A stretch of DNA of 63,852 nucleotides, filler included, from Reticulomyxa filosa (Eukaryota > Protista > Foraminifera), in NCBI GenBank assembly GCA_000512085.1. It is 20 parts of 20 records of this genome, joined end to end, with 100 filler letters (N's around TTAATTAATTAA, not from the genome) between each part and the next. Parts side by side here need not be neighbours in the genome. Positions count along the whole stretch, not along the records: positions 50,514 to 52,431 come from ASPP01008204.1; positions 52,532 to 55,770 come from ASPP01027595.1; positions 55,871 to 57,860 come from ASPP01002527.1; positions 57,961 to 59,180 come from ASPP01010077.1; positions 59,281 to 60,282 come from ASPP01024929.1; positions 60,383 to 62,144 come from ASPP01023055.1; positions 62,245 to 63,852 come from ASPP01001741.1; 13 more parts are not named here. One strand, given 5' to 3'. This document shows, in pieces, positions 51,139 through 63,852 of the stretch. Under the pieces are notes generated by a model. It was not told where the DNA came from and did not search any database. It worked only from the letters and a program-made list of their open reading frames with translations. The stretch's first letter is position 1. Each line of letters starts with the position of its first letter. A program made the position numbers and the translations under genes.

Positions 51139-52431
51139 TGGACATCACAAGAATATGAAACAACTTTAAATAATTTTCCAAATTTACAAAAAATGATAGA
51201 AGAACCATTTCTTCTTAGACTTATTTTAACTGTATTACCATCATTAGTAAAACAATATGGTATAGGAAGTAAAATTTCAAAAACACAAATATATGAAGTA
51301 TTTAATAATCAATGGATTGATACTCATTGTCAAGATATTATTTCTAAATTATCAGAATTACGTATTCAAATAAATATTAATAAAATTAAATTAAAATTAA
51401 AACAATATTGTCTTAATTTAGGATTTGATATGTTTTATCAAGGAAATCAAGTTGCAATTGAATCAGAATATCAATATCAAAATAATGATGAAATTTTAAA
51501 TAAATTAGATCCAATAATAGAAAAAGAAAATAAAAATAATGAATATGAAAAAATAGATATAAAAATAATAGATAATAAAGAAGAAAAAGAAGAAGATATT
51601 TGGGAAAAATATTTTAATGCTGATAGTATTGCAAAATATGTATTAAGAAGAATAGGTGAAAATAAATATCAATTTTTACATAAATCTTGTCAAGAATATT
51701 ATGCTGCACAAAAAATTATATATGATATTATTTCTTGGAAACCTAATCTTATTAATATTAATTATATTGATAATCAACAATTTCAACAACAATTTGAAAT
51801 ATATGTATCAAAATTATTACTTAATTATAAATTATTAAATGAAGAAATTGGAATTATTCAATTTATTGCAGATAGAATTCATGATACAAACTCAATATTT
51901 ATAAATTTAAAATCAAGATTATTTCGAATTATTGAATCATCTAAAAATAATCCAAAAGTATCTATTGCAGCATCAAATGCAGCTACTATACTTAATATAG
52001 CAAAAGTTAGTTTAAGTAATAAAAATTGGGATAAAATAAATATACCACATGCTATTTTAGATTATGCTTTTTTGGAAGGAACTAGTTTTAAAGAAGCTAA
52101 TTTAGATTATGTAAGATTTTTTCATTCATTCCTTAATTTTGCAGATTTTACAAATGCATCTATTAATCAAATAAATTTTGGTGAATATGGTTATCTTAAA
52201 GGACATTCAAAAATAGTTACTTTTGCTCAATTTTCACCTGATGGTTCCAAAATTGCATCAAGTTCATATGATAAAACTATTCGATTATGGGATGTATTAT
52301 CTGGAAAACAAATTCAAATTTTTAAAGGACATTCATCAATTGTTACTTCAGTTCAATTTTCACATAATGGTTCTAGACTTGTTTCAAGTTCTTATGATAA
52401 AACTATTCGAATATGGGATATATTATCTGGT
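50514..52431 (+). CDS. NACHT NTPase, pentapeptide repeats and WD40 (NLR-like), internal fragment
   Basis: Walker A GKSGSGKS, Walker B FIMDGFDE, IITCR, EPFLL, YQFLHKSCQEYYAA, AASNAATILN, pentapeptides (ILDYAFLEGTSFKEANLDY), then GHS..WD repeats. Confidence 0.92.
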
Positions 52432-52707
52432 NNNNNNNNNNNNNNNNNNNNNNNNNNNNNNNNNNNNNNNNNNNNTTAATTAATTAANNNNNNNNNNNNN
52501 NNNNNNNNNNNNNNNNNNNNNNNNNNNNNNNTTTTTGACGTGCAATTTGCACAAACTGTTTTGTTTTAATTTTTTTTAATTTCTCTTATTTGAAAAAAAG
52601 GGACAACCAAGCGTCGTATCATCTCGTCAGTATCCACAAAGATTTCGAACTTGTCATGATTTTTTGTCTTTTTGTTGAAGAGTTGAATCCAACAATTTTT
52701 TTTGCAT

Positions 52708-54028
52708 TCAAAAATAAAAAAAATGGTTTAAAGTAAATCGCACAATTGAGGAAGTGCATAAGCAAAGTAGAAAAAGATGATATAAAAAAAAGTTTAATCC
52801 TTTTGCACAGCAAGTGTAGTAACCTTCTATCTCCTTTTTTTGTTTTACTTCTTTATTCCCAGTTTTGAGGTCGTCAACGGATTGGGTGACAATGCTTTCA
52901 ATAGTGCCAATGACGGTGTCCTGTGAAGTAATATTTTCAGTGAACATTTCCAATAAACTACAAATTTCATTTGTTTTTTGTTCCGCCAATAGTACTTCAT
53001 CTTTTTCTGATTCAATAGCTTGCAGCATTTGTTGACTTTCGCGCAAAAATAATCTTTTTGTATCATCAAAGAAATTCATTTTTTTTCAATCACTTTTTTT
53101 TAAAAAAAAAGATTTACTAAAACGCTTCCTCAGATGGGGAAATGGTATTACGATCTTGTTCTGTTGAGAAGCAACTGGTAAGGTACGAGATTTTGGTATA
53201 AGCCTTGTGTCTAATTTTACTACTGGAAGACGAGGTATGATCATTGCATCCGTCAATTTGATCAGGTTACTGTTGTATGCTTTCTTTTTATAATCATTTA
53301 ACATTTCTTGGATGAACATATCGCATCCCTCTGTGTTAGTGACAATGACGTGTGTGCATATGCATCGTCTAAAATACTAGACAAATCATGTTGAAATTTC
53401 ATTTTCGAACGGATCAAACTCTTCATTTCACTAAATAATCCGTCAATCCTAAATTTCAAACAAATTAGTACTCGTTTTTGATATTGAAAATAGTTATGTT
53501 GTTGCATTATTGATGATTCATTACTATCTGATTTATCACGTTCAAATCAAAAAATGGACAAACTTAATAAATTTTGCAGGTCAAGAATTTCTTTGTTTAT
53601 ATCTTTGATAAATAACAAAATGGTATTCTCGAATTGATATTTATCATCATCATTCCAACTTTTTGAAATTGATTTGTATTGATTACTTTGTCCTAAACCC
53701 AATATGTTTATTCTCAAGTAATCCCCACGGTTTTTGCATAAATAATCAAACATTCGGTCTGTGCTTCGATTCTGGATTTTTTTTATTTTTATTTTTTTTG
53801 TCATCTCCAAATTTACTTTTCTTTTCTTTATCTCCTATACAAAATCAATTAAGGTATTGATTGCTATAAAATACATAACAAAATTGTTCTAACCGTTTGC
53901 AAACAACTTGTTATCACAACTGATACATTTTCTTTGGCTTGGATATATCGTTCATATTGCTTATTCTCGTCATTACATTTTTGTTTTACAATATCGAAAA
54001 AGTTTTGAGTTTGATCAAATCCAACCAT
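52708..54028 (-). CDS. Qa-SNARE, syntaxin-18/Ufe1-like; multi-exon
   Basis: N-terminus MVGFDQTQNFFDIV; YLCKNRGDYL..WNDDDKYQFE; SNARE motif EICSLLEMFTENITSQDTVIGTI..LKTGNKEV with zero-layer Gln; hydrophobic C-terminus. Exon ends not fully resolved. Confidence 0.7.
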
Positions 54029-55870
54029 ATTTGTTCGTTCCAGCTTTTTTTTGGAATTACTTCCCTTTTTCCTTTCTTACAACAAAAAAAAAAAGACAAC
54101 CCACAAGACCTGATGCATTTATTTTTTTTTAAAAAGAGAAATATGGTTTTAATTCTACAAATTCGCTTTTATAAAATTGTTTTATACAATCTATAGCACT
54201 AGTAAGAGTTGCAAATAAAACAAAAACTTATCACAAAATTTATTATTGATAATTTTAATTGTTCACACAAAAATTTATTGTGTACACAAACGAAGGAAAT
54301 TACAAAATAAGATTTATTTCAAGAAGAAAAGAAAATTATCAACATTTATATATTTTATTTAGCTTTACTATATCTCTTAAGGACTCCGCAATAACTATTG
54401 GGTTTTTTATTTTTTTATTATAAGAGCCTTGTACAATTGACTGTAAAATACTTTAATAACAGCTGTTCGAAGAGAAGAGAATATATTTTCCACTATCCTT
54501 ATAGCTGTTAATAGGACCTTTTCTTAGTACAGTCTTTCTAGCTCAGATTTATACAAGGCAAGTTCTATCTCTATATCCATCATATTTGTTTCTGTGGTCG
54601 TCTCTTCGATGATGTTGTTGACGAGTACTTTCCATTGATGGAGTTTCAATTCCAATTCCTTGGGTTGGTTGTTCATTTCTTTGGTTCATATCTGTGGCAC
54701 CGTATTAGCCGATGAAAACAAAAAGTTTAATCGAAAATGCAATCTTTTTGCGTAGTGTCATCTACCCAATAGCTTTTTCCTCTTTTTTTTAAAAAAGAGA
54801 AATTTACAACAATAACAACCAACAATACAATAATAATAATGTACATATTATTATCATTGTTGTTAACAATATAAGCACGTACACTACTTAAGTACTGCCA
54901 ATAAAATTTAAGAAATCATCTTTGGTATTTGCGATTTCTTCAATATTCCAAGTACTTCTTTTCTTTCATCGTGATTCTCTTGGATATGTTAATTATAAAC
55001 CAGCAGTAGTATCTCATCACAGGTAACAAGAACTCACCAGAAAAACAAATACTTGCACCGAAAAAGAGCCATATTAACACAGGAGAGCGGAATACGATAA
55101 TCAGATCACTTACTTTATTTTTTTCCCATTTCAATGCGTTTTTTAAAATTGCATTCATTTTGTTGTAATTTTTTTTTTAATAATAATAAAAAAAATTGCA
55201 CGGACAATAACGTGATTAAAAAAAAAGTTTCGAGTTAACTTTTTTTCACGTTGCGCATGTTTCTTTTACCTATTACAAGTTTATTCAATAACATCAAGAA
55301 AAATTGGTTGTAGTTGGGATGATGTTGTTACGTCGCAGATAACTGACAGAGCCAAACCACATTTGTAGAAGCAGAACTTTTTTTAAAAAAAAGGAAAACT
55401 TTTTCACTTTCAAAAAAAATTATTCAAAAAAAAAAAAAAAAAGGTGTGAATAATATTTCATTAAATATTCATTCCAAAAGACAGTTATACTTTCAATTAT
55501 GTGTCAACAAGTTGTTTTTAGAAATGAAATGTTATCAAAAATGTCAACATTCTTTACTTTTTTTTTTAAGTAATTTCGTCTAAAATATCAAAATATTTCA
55601 AAAATTACAATTTTTCACTTTTTTTTTATAAACACATAACGTTTTACTGAACAAAAAAAAAGGGCTTTTTCTTTCTTTTTTTTGTCGTCTTCACTTGTGC
55701 CAACTTGTATCTAGGGTGATATTACCCTCACAGTCCAACCTTGCAACAGTATGGTTTTTTTGTATTTTTTNNNNNNNNNNNNNNNNNNNNNNNNNNNNNN
55801 NNNNNNNNNNNNNNTTAATTAATTAANNNNNNNNNNNNNNNNNNNNNNNNNNNNNNNNNNNNNNNNNNNN

Positions 55871-57860
55871 GTACCCCGGAACCTCATGAACGACTTGGAA
55901 CATTCGCCATTAACTTTACAAAATGAGATTGTGAAAGTCAAAACTTTGGACCGAAAAGTAAACAACATTAACGAGGCTTTGCCTGAGAACAAACTACTAG
56001 AGTTAGACGGACTGGAAGAAGACAAGGAAAATATCATGCCTAACGGTCTTACTTCGACTTGGGAAGCAAACAATGTGAAGATAAATGGTATACGTTCATT
56101 TTCAACAAGTTGTAGGCAAGATCTAGAAAATCAATTAGCTGTAAGATTATTAGACTTGGAAAAAGCAGTCGCAAGTCAGGCAATGGAGAAGCCAGTCGAA
56201 ACAAAAGTAGTGGTGGCAAGTCATGTCTGTGTAGACAAGGAGAACAGCGACAATAGTGCCATAGAAAACGCACAACTAGTAAGGACAATCGATAGACTCG
56301 ACCACACCCTTAAACAAAGAAAAAGAAGGGATGCAGAAGCGGAAATCGAAAAAATGGGCCAAAAAGGCAAATATTTGGACTCCCACGGATTATTAGAGGT
56401 GAGACCGTTGGGAAAAGTCGTGGCAAATCAAGAACCGGCAGAGAGAGTGCAAAGCGAAATCTCCAAAGAAAAAATATTGGTACATAAAGGAGACAGCTCT
56501 GGCGTAGCCCCGCCTGATAACAGGCAACCGAGACCAGTTCGGATGGAAATGGATGAAGAGAACGCCCTCAAAGCATCGGAGAGACCAGATGCAATAGGGT
56601 TTAAAATGGGGAGTCATGACGGTGCAAACAAAGAAAGGGGTACTCATGTCAATTATCGAATAGGCAGAGTACAAGACCCGAATAGCGACCCTATTGGGGG
56701 ACAAAGATTACAAGGGGCAAAGGAGCAAAAGCCGAGAAAGTGGCCCAAAAAGGCAAAGACTTCGATATCCCTGAAAAATTAGCAAAAAAAACAGGTCCGG
56801 ATCGAAAGTTGGCGAAAAAGTCTCAAAGTTCCGGGAGAACCCCAGACAAAAAAGCCTTCTCAACCGAACAACATCTTAATTGCAAAACCCCACGAAGGGG
56901 TGAGTTATAGATGGCTCCCTTCCAAGATATTAGCGCCGCCACCCTCAATGACGAAATCCAATGTCGAGGCGGACTCAGTATGGCAACAAGCTACCACCAC
57001 AACACCAACACCAACTCCCCAAAAGTGAAAGTGAAGTCGAACCACGTGCACAAAGCCTCCAATAGTCAAACAAGCACTGGTAAACCTGAAACCAAGGGTA
57101 ACCCCAAATGGATTTTCCCAAATGAGAAAAATCAACAACTAATGGCTACCCCACCACCTCCTCCTTCTCAGCAAGAAATTAAATGGACACCCCTCATGGA
57201 CAATCTGGAAGGAAATGCCTATCGGCAATCATGGTCTCCAATTCATGCTATGCAATCTCAACCATTATCACCTTATTCAAATGGTCAACGCGTCACCAAG
57301 CCTGCTGATACTGTTGAAGCAGGTGATTATTTCTCTGCTCGCTCACCCCTTTTGCAAATTCCACCAAGAGGAGGCCAAATTCAGCCCTCTCCGTGTGACA
57401 AGTCATTTTTAATCGGCAATCGTACACGGCAGCCCCATCGGATTCTTTTGTCGAACGGGAAACATCAACTAAGGGGCAATTGGAATCAGAACATCAAAAA
57501 ATTGGTGCGACGGAGAACAAATCGAAGTTGGAAATGGAAAGCTAGTAACCAAGTGTGGTGGTAGGCAGACTGCTATGCAAATGACACAATTTGATCCGCC
57601 GTGCGACATCCTCAAACAAATGCATTGTCCCTCATCAATCGTACTCCCGCGACGGATCGCAGATGGACCAAATCATCCATCATCATCGCCGCCGCCAACA
57701 ACGCAAGTCACAACCAAACAGCCACAACTGTTACAACTGGCCGAACAACAAGTCCGACCCATGAACAGTAAAGAAAGCGTCCGAGATGAGAGAAAGTCCT
57801 CAAGCCAGACCAGGAGTAATACATACGTATTGGAAACGCCAAAAACTCCAAATGGCGAAT
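55871..57860 (+). other. GC-richer intronless run of broken ORFs (possible retroelement ORF1/gag-like or pseudogene)
   Basis: Tandem same-strand ORFs 55886-56782, 56911-57564 and 57575-57860; coiled-coil then Pro/Ser/Gln-rich; no poly-A introns. No RT or transposase motif seen. Confidence 0.3.
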
Positions 57861-58014
57861 NNNNNNNNNNNNNNNNNNNNNNNNNNNNNNNNNNNNNNNN
57901 NNNNTTAATTAATTAANNNNNNNNNNNNNNNNNNNNNNNNNNNNNNNNNNNNNNNNNNNNAAAAAAAAAAAAATTTTATAAAAAAAAAAAAAAAAAAAAA
58001 AAAACGAAAAGGAA

Positions 58015-59002
58015 ATGTATGAATACTTGTGCAAACAAGAACACGGATATTTGAAATCATTGTTATTTGTGTATCTGATAAGCCATCACATCTACTTATT
58101 TGAAGCGGAGCCACATATGAATGTGATTTGGCTGGACATTTTCAAGCACTTGCAAATGATGAAATTGTGTATCTTTCCATATTTGTTGCCATTGATTGGC
58201 CATATGATCGGACCACTGCTCGCCTCTACGTCCGAAAGGACAATGCCAAGTCACGACACCACGACGCGATGCCTTTCTGCACACATTCTGTCGCAGTTGA
58301 TCGGCTGCAATATGTTTCCATTACAAAATCCTCCATTTTTATCCATTTGGTATTGCAAGCCCAATTTATGTTCTCGCGTCATCTCTGGGCCTGTTGATAT
58401 CTCCAGTGCTGTCAATACGAATATGAATACGAACATGAATATAAACACAAATACTGGAGACGCGATAAATGAAGAGAAGAAACAGACCAGTGACGATAAT
58501 AAACTATATGAACCGACCAATTGGCACGAACTGCTATCCTCGAATTCGCTTCTGATGAACGCCATTTACGAGCGCTACAAACATCGATTGGAACAAAAGT
58601 GGACTGTGTTGCTACGACGTTTGCGGGTCGTTCTGCCCTTCTTTCAAGTCGACACGCGTGACACAATGGCCGGCGATGTCGAAAACAGCTCCGGCAGTTC
58701 CATTGCTGCCACGTATGGAAACTCGGCCTTGCTCAAACTTTTGAGGGGTGCAATCGATCAGCTGACGAACATGGGATTCGATTGTCGAGGCATGAGCGAA
58801 AGCGAAGCCATGGCATTAAATGCTGGAGGCATTAAAATGGCCGGACTTTTGAATGAAAATCCTTTATCGCTTTTTCAACTAATCCCACGTGACTTTGTCC
58901 ATTTGCATTCCAAAGAATGGATGCAACCAATTGAATTTATGTTTAATTATCATCCGTCGTTAGAGGATCATATTAACACAATGGTGGCATCTCATTACCA
59001 AA
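58015..59002 (+). CDS. SMG8-like nonsense-mediated decay factor, internal exon
   Basis: YLKSLLFVYLISHHIYL..LDIFKHLQ, PPFLSIW, RLEQKWTVLLRRLRV and SLFQL..FVH follow the order of conserved SMG8 blocks as I recall them. Confidence 0.55.
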
Positions 59003-59136
59003 GTTTTTCCATATATACACATATATATAAATATAAATGTATATACATTTATATATATGTATGTATATGTATATATACATATATATATTCTTCTCTATTA
59101 ATCATTACAACAAAATGAAATAAAACTACAAAATAG

Positions 59137-59180
59137 CAAATAACAAATAACAAATAACAAATAACAAATAACAAATAACA
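59137..59180 (+). repeat. (CAAATAA)6 minisatellite at contig end
   Basis: Read directly. Confidence 0.9.
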
Positions 59181-59894
59181 NNNNNNNNNNNNNNNNNNNN
59201 NNNNNNNNNNNNNNNNNNNNNNNNTTAATTAATTAANNNNNNNNNNNNNNNNNNNNNNNNNNNNNNNNNNNNNNNNNNNNCCAAGGATCATCAATTTCTC
59301 ACCAGATTAAACTTGTTGTTTCTTAAATTATTGTTCAAAATAATGTTTCTGTTATTTTACATGCCCAAGTGATGTAAAAGCATATAGGATATGATATAAT
59401 GAAGGATATATTCTCTTTGAGCTTAGAAAGTTATCTTAAGATGAACTATTCCTGAGATAGTAAAGGATTTTTTATCTGATTTCATTTTTGAATTACTGAT
59501 CAATTATATCTTCAGGAAAAAATGTTGTTCTTAACAATGCACCCTGTTGTCCTTTTGCTTTATCTCTTTGAGTGTTCAATACTATACAAAAAACAATAGC
59601 AAATAGACATAAAAAAAATATTTTTAAAAAATTAGTAGTGATTTGCAATGAAGAAAACACAATACTTGAAACACCTTGCAATTTATTTTGATATTTTGAT
59701 AAAATATTTTGTGAATTCTTTAAAAAACATTGAACGAAGCTTTTTTAATGTTTTTTAACAACAAAGTAAAATAGAACACATCTTTCAATACTGGCATTCA
59801 AGCAAATCAAACAAGTTTAATATCATCTTACTTTTCTTTTAATCAAACTTTTCAAACAAAAGCATTTTCATTTCTTATTCGATAAAAAAGTAAA

Positions 59895-60282
59895 TTATCC
59901 CCAAATATGAATGGGACCGTTGCTTGAACCATAACACAAATTCAAATCATATTTAACATTTTTTGTCTTACATTTCTTTTTCAATTCAATAAATTTAAGA
60001 CAATATATTCCAAAATATCCATCTCCTTCGATTATATACAATTCACTCTTATTTGATCGAATATCCCAAAAACGAATTGTATTATCCAATGATCCAGAAC
60101 ATATCACATTTGAATTACCAATACTATTCTTTATTACAAATGGTGAATATTCAGCAGACAATACATAATCTGTATGTCCATTGAACACTTGGATTTGTTT
60201 ACCAGATCGGATATCCCACAAACGAACACTTTTATCACGTGATCCAGATAATATTGTATTCAATAATTCATTTGATCCATAT
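59895..60282 (-). CDS. WD40 family protein, 3' fragment
   Basis: NTILSGSRDKSVRLWDIRSGKQIQVFNGH..LCYGSSNGPIHIWG*. Confidence 0.88.
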
Positions 60283-60561
60283 NNNNNNNNNNNNNNNNNN
60301 NNNNNNNNNNNNNNNNNNNNNNNNNNTTAATTAATTAANNNNNNNNNNNNNNNNNNNNNNNNNNNNNNNNNNNNNNNNNNNNTGATCATTGTACTTCGGG
60401 GCTTACTTGTACTAATTATTTTGTTTTTATTATTTTTTTTTTTCAAACAAAACAGATATCCATATAAATATATATTTTTAAAAAATATACAAGATATAAA
60501 ATGGTGTGCTCTATAGTCTTTGTGCTTGTAGTCTAGAATAAAAATTCACACCATTTACAGG

Positions 60562-61960
60562 TTAATCCAATAACAAATCAATCTTTTTCCCAACCAGATA
60601 CTTGGCGTAAATTGTCATAGATAGTACGAAGTTGGTCATTTGCAATTCGTTGTAACTGCTCTCACATCGAAGGGAACGCCTGCTTACCAATATTCCACGA
60701 ACTTGCAGATTTTTATGTGCTTCTTGTATTCGCACTTTCAAATATTTCATTGTTTGCAAGAAATTGGGCCATTGGAATGTTTTTGGTGGCAATAATTCTG
60801 TTATCATAACCATATCGTTTGCTTTGTTTTTTTCATTTGGTATTTGATTTAGTCACCAATGTTATATATGTACAAATACACAACACACAAACAAACATGT
60901 TGGTATTTGTCCACAATCTAATCAAAGATACTATCTAATTGGGTCGTTGCCAATCTATGTTGTTTAATCTGTGAGCGATCGTCGTGAAGAAGCATCATTT
61001 ATTGTGGATCCAGCTGGCTTTTTTTCCTGACAAACAAATCAACAGAATTCTCATACGTAGTTTATATCCATGTTTACATCATTGATTTTTTTCTTCAAAC
61101 AAAAATATATATTTATATATATGTATATAAGATAAGATATTTGCAACATTAATGAATGTACACAAACATGAAATAACACAAAGGATCACAGTGGATAAAA
61201 TGACAGGTGAGGTCGTGCACTGTGCTTCATTCAAGGACAACAAATGCATACGAATTGGTTTTGCGATTTCTTCGGACTTGGGCTGTTGAGTTAGGTTTTG
61301 GTATTGAAATCTAGCAGCGGTACTGTCGGCAAAGTGATAGAGATCCACGGACGAAAAAGTTTATTGCTGGACGGGCTAGAGTGTGTGTTTTAATGTGTAC
61401 ATTTTTTCAAAATCTTTTGATATCCAATGAATGATTTTCCACTTTTTGTTTGGTAATTCACTCCATATTGTTGAACGGGATTGTTCTTGCGAGATATTTG
61501 TTTCCATAGAAATCGGTTCTGATTTTGCCCATTTGATGTTGGATTTGCTCATCAGGCAAGCAGCATTTGCTTCGATATCTTTTTCTTCAATCATGGCTCC
61601 ACCATCTTTCTTTTTTTTTCTCTTTCTTTCATTCCAAAATTAAAATTAAATAAAATAATAATTTGTTTCTTTTTTTTTTTTTTTCTTTCATTTATTTTTT
61701 TTTACGTTCTTTTTTCTTTTTTTTTTTTCATTTTCCTTTTTCTTTTTTTTATCTACCTTTTTTTTTTCTTATTCATTGTCACATTTTTTTTTTCTTATTC
61801 ATTGTCACATTTTTTTTTATTAATATCTTTTTTTTTTTCTTCTATATCTTTTTTATCTACTTTTTATATCCCCCCTTAATAATTATTTTCCCCACTTTTC
61901 CACCAAACCCTTTGGAAAGATATACACCTTCTGCCACGTTCTTGATGCACTGGAATCTAT
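60562..61960 (-). CDS. Hypothetical multi-exon protein, 5' partial
   Basis: Coding-like minus-strand blocks (60562-60826, ~60940-61030, ~61200-61605, ~61890-61960) separated by AT/TA-repeat introns; no motif recognised. Confidence 0.4.
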
Positions 61961-62244
61961 ACAGAAACAAACAAAGTTATATATAATTTTTTAAATAATA
62001 ACAAAAAAATATACAATACCAATGATAACTGGGACATAATTTCCAATTTTTCTTCCTGTAGGAAACCACTACAACTTTTTTTTTTTATATTATATAAACA
62101 AAAAAAATATAAAATATATAAATTTTTTTCTTTGAAGGGGAATTNNNNNNNNNNNNNNNNNNNNNNNNNNNNNNNNNNNNNNNNNNNNTTAATTAATTAA
62201 NNNNNNNNNNNNNNNNNNNNNNNNNNNNNNNNNNNNNNNNNNNN

Positions 62245-62720
62245 CGGAAGTTGCCTTTGGCAATGTATCAAAGCCAAAGTGTGTTGGTGTTTGACTCGGA
62301 GATTGTGTTGTGCAGGAGCTGAATGAACAGCGAGTGTTACTCATACCACAAACAAAGACAACAGTATAAGCGAATTGGGAGTTACCCAAAAGATGTTCAA
62401 TTATTGAGCCACTGTGTGGTCGCATGCGATACGAAAGAAGCAAAAGAGCCATATGTGTTGTCATTATCATTTGGAGGCCGACTGTAACATAACATTGTTA
62501 ATGAAGTACAAGAGTGTGTGTGTGGACACCCCAATGATAATAATAATGATAATGAGAAATGGATCGGTGACGATAAAAGAGAAGAAAACTGGAGCAAGTG
62601 TCGATGGGCATTGGTCATGTCATCCACATGTTCTCCATTGCTAATAACATGTGGATTGCCTGTTCCAAGAGACTGCCCATGCCTTTGTGTCGATCGACAA
62701 TGTTGAATATTTTAATGATA
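62245..62720 (+). pseudogene. Pseudogene of a kelch-like beta-propeller family
   Basis: KLPLAMYQSQSV..EIVLC*..ECYSYH..YKRIGSYPKDVQLLSHCVV..LSFGG*/TLLMKYKSV/..IGDD..LLIT follows the recalled family pattern, with in-frame stops and frameshifts. Confidence 0.65.
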
Positions 62721-63460
62721 TCTTTTTGAAGACCCCCTGCGGAACGATTTCCCTCAACTATAGTCAGTCACATTTGTCCAATCCTATTCGCTTTGTTTCA
62801 TCAAATCCATAACTTCTTAGTTACTCGAATTTTCTCCTCAGTTGTACTTTTTGCATGGACTGCAATATAATGCTTCCAAAATTGTGCAAAGAACAAAAAT
62901 AAATAAATAAATAAAGACATAGTATACTTTTTGACGAAATTGCTTAGTTTTTTTATTCTATTTAATTTTTATTTTTTTTCCCCTCATTTCTAGATTTTCA
63001 TTTCTATCAAGATAACCAGTAGGGCGACACCTCTCTATTAAAACAGGTTATTATGCAAACAAATTAACAAATTGACTTTTCAATTCATTCTTGATATATC
63101 ACTTTGTATGGACTCCATTGAAAAAATATTTGCAAACAATGAATTTTTTTTTTTCAAACTGATTTATTTGGCAATTTTCAAAAAGCTTGTTCCAGTCGAT
63201 ATAAAACTATATACTAAAACGCTTTCACTTACATCAATTTAATTCGTTTCCATATGTTGCACTGGCAAAAATTTGCAAGCGTTGTTATTGTGAATATAAG
63301 TGTTTTCATTGGATATAAACTGCATAATTAGTACACTACTGTTTTACTTTGTTATAATTTTGCAGAGAAAAAGTGGCTAAACCCCCACAAAATGAACCTA
63401 AACGCAGAAAAAAAAGGAGAATAGTGTACCCCTCCTAAAAGAAGAAATTTTCAAAAAATA

Positions 63461-63822
63461 ATGGAACCAGCCTGGATGGTTTACACTTTCACAGCAGTCC
63501 TGTGCTTTTGTACACTTTTGTGTGTTGGAATGTTGGTAATACATTTGCACCACATCTTGCGGTGGCGAGCACAAGTGACTATGATGAAGAAAATGGGAGT
63601 CGAAAATGACAGCAGAATGATGAACAAGCAAATGCAACTCCTGTCTTTATTTGCACTAGTAAATTATGCGTTGTATGCATTGGCAATGACAGTGGTAGTA
63701 TCCTGGGAAGCATTGTATTTTGCAGGGGTACCCTTCCACAGAGTTGGATGCATTATCGAGGCGCTAGGAATTATTTTGTTCCTTGGAGGAAAGACTTCTA
63801 TGTATTCTCTTTTTACGTACAG
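63461..63822 (+). CDS. Multi-pass (7TM/GPCR-like) membrane protein, first exon (TM1-TM3); absent from the ORF track
   Basis: MEPAWMVYTFTAVLCFCTLLCVGMLVIHL / QLLSLFALVNYALYALAMTVVV / GCIIEALGIILFLGGKTSMYSLFTYR; open to the window end; GT donor at 63823. Confidence 0.7.
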
Positions 63823-63852
63823 GTTAAAGTACTTTTCTTTTTTTTTTTTTTT

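Noticed and set aside
61663-61986. Phe-rich ORF
   Set aside because: Translation of a poly-T tract (A-rich intron on the minus strand).
2582-62244. Nineteen TTAATTAATTAA palindromes as a repeat or CRISPR-like array
   Set aside because: Each is flanked by exactly 44 N on both sides: an artificial concatenation linker. Gene clusters across linkers were therefore not inferred.
63398-63637. Minus-strand 79-aa ORF
   Set aside because: Shadow of the plus-strand multi-TM gene.
1-63852. rRNA, tRNA, CRISPR, transposase or reverse transcriptase
   Set aside because: No recognisable signatures seen; small ncRNAs cannot be excluded without covariance searches.

Overview
AT-rich, intron-containing eukaryotic DNA. 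It is 20 short contigs joined by an artificial 100-nt linker (N44-TTAATTAATTAA-N44), so genes on either side of a linker are not true neighbours. The gene families (zinc finger/coiled coil/WD40 proteins ending 'GPIRIWG*', the 'EEEIKIVIRNW..GWIDDFDKIV' leader, NACHT-pentapeptide-WD40, many pseudogenes, poly-Asn inserts) suggest a foraminiferan/rhizarian such as Reticulomyxa filosa. That assignment is my inference from recalled family motifs. Ordinary genes: GT49 fragment, Hsp31/DJ-1, UTP4, patatin TAG lipase, FHA protein, CCR4-like EEP, RPS14, class-3 lipase, FKBP, V-ATPase c, ABHD, syntaxin-18-like and SMG8-like. Two multi-exon genes that the ORF track fragments stand out. (1) 27246-29843 (-): a 677-aa protein with an S1-S4 voltage-sensor/6-TM module like that of alveolate ion-channel/adenylyl-cyclase fusions. 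The cyclase is absent and an RGS domain sits at the C-terminus, making it a candidate voltage-controlled G-protein regulator. Its S4 exon (RLLRFARVARLAK) is not in the ORF track. (2) 44684-47814 (+): a molluscan-hemocyanin-like type-3 copper unit fused to cupredoxin-like and DOMON-like domains with a GPI-like tail. All exon models were built by hand, and homology calls come from motif recognition, not database searches.
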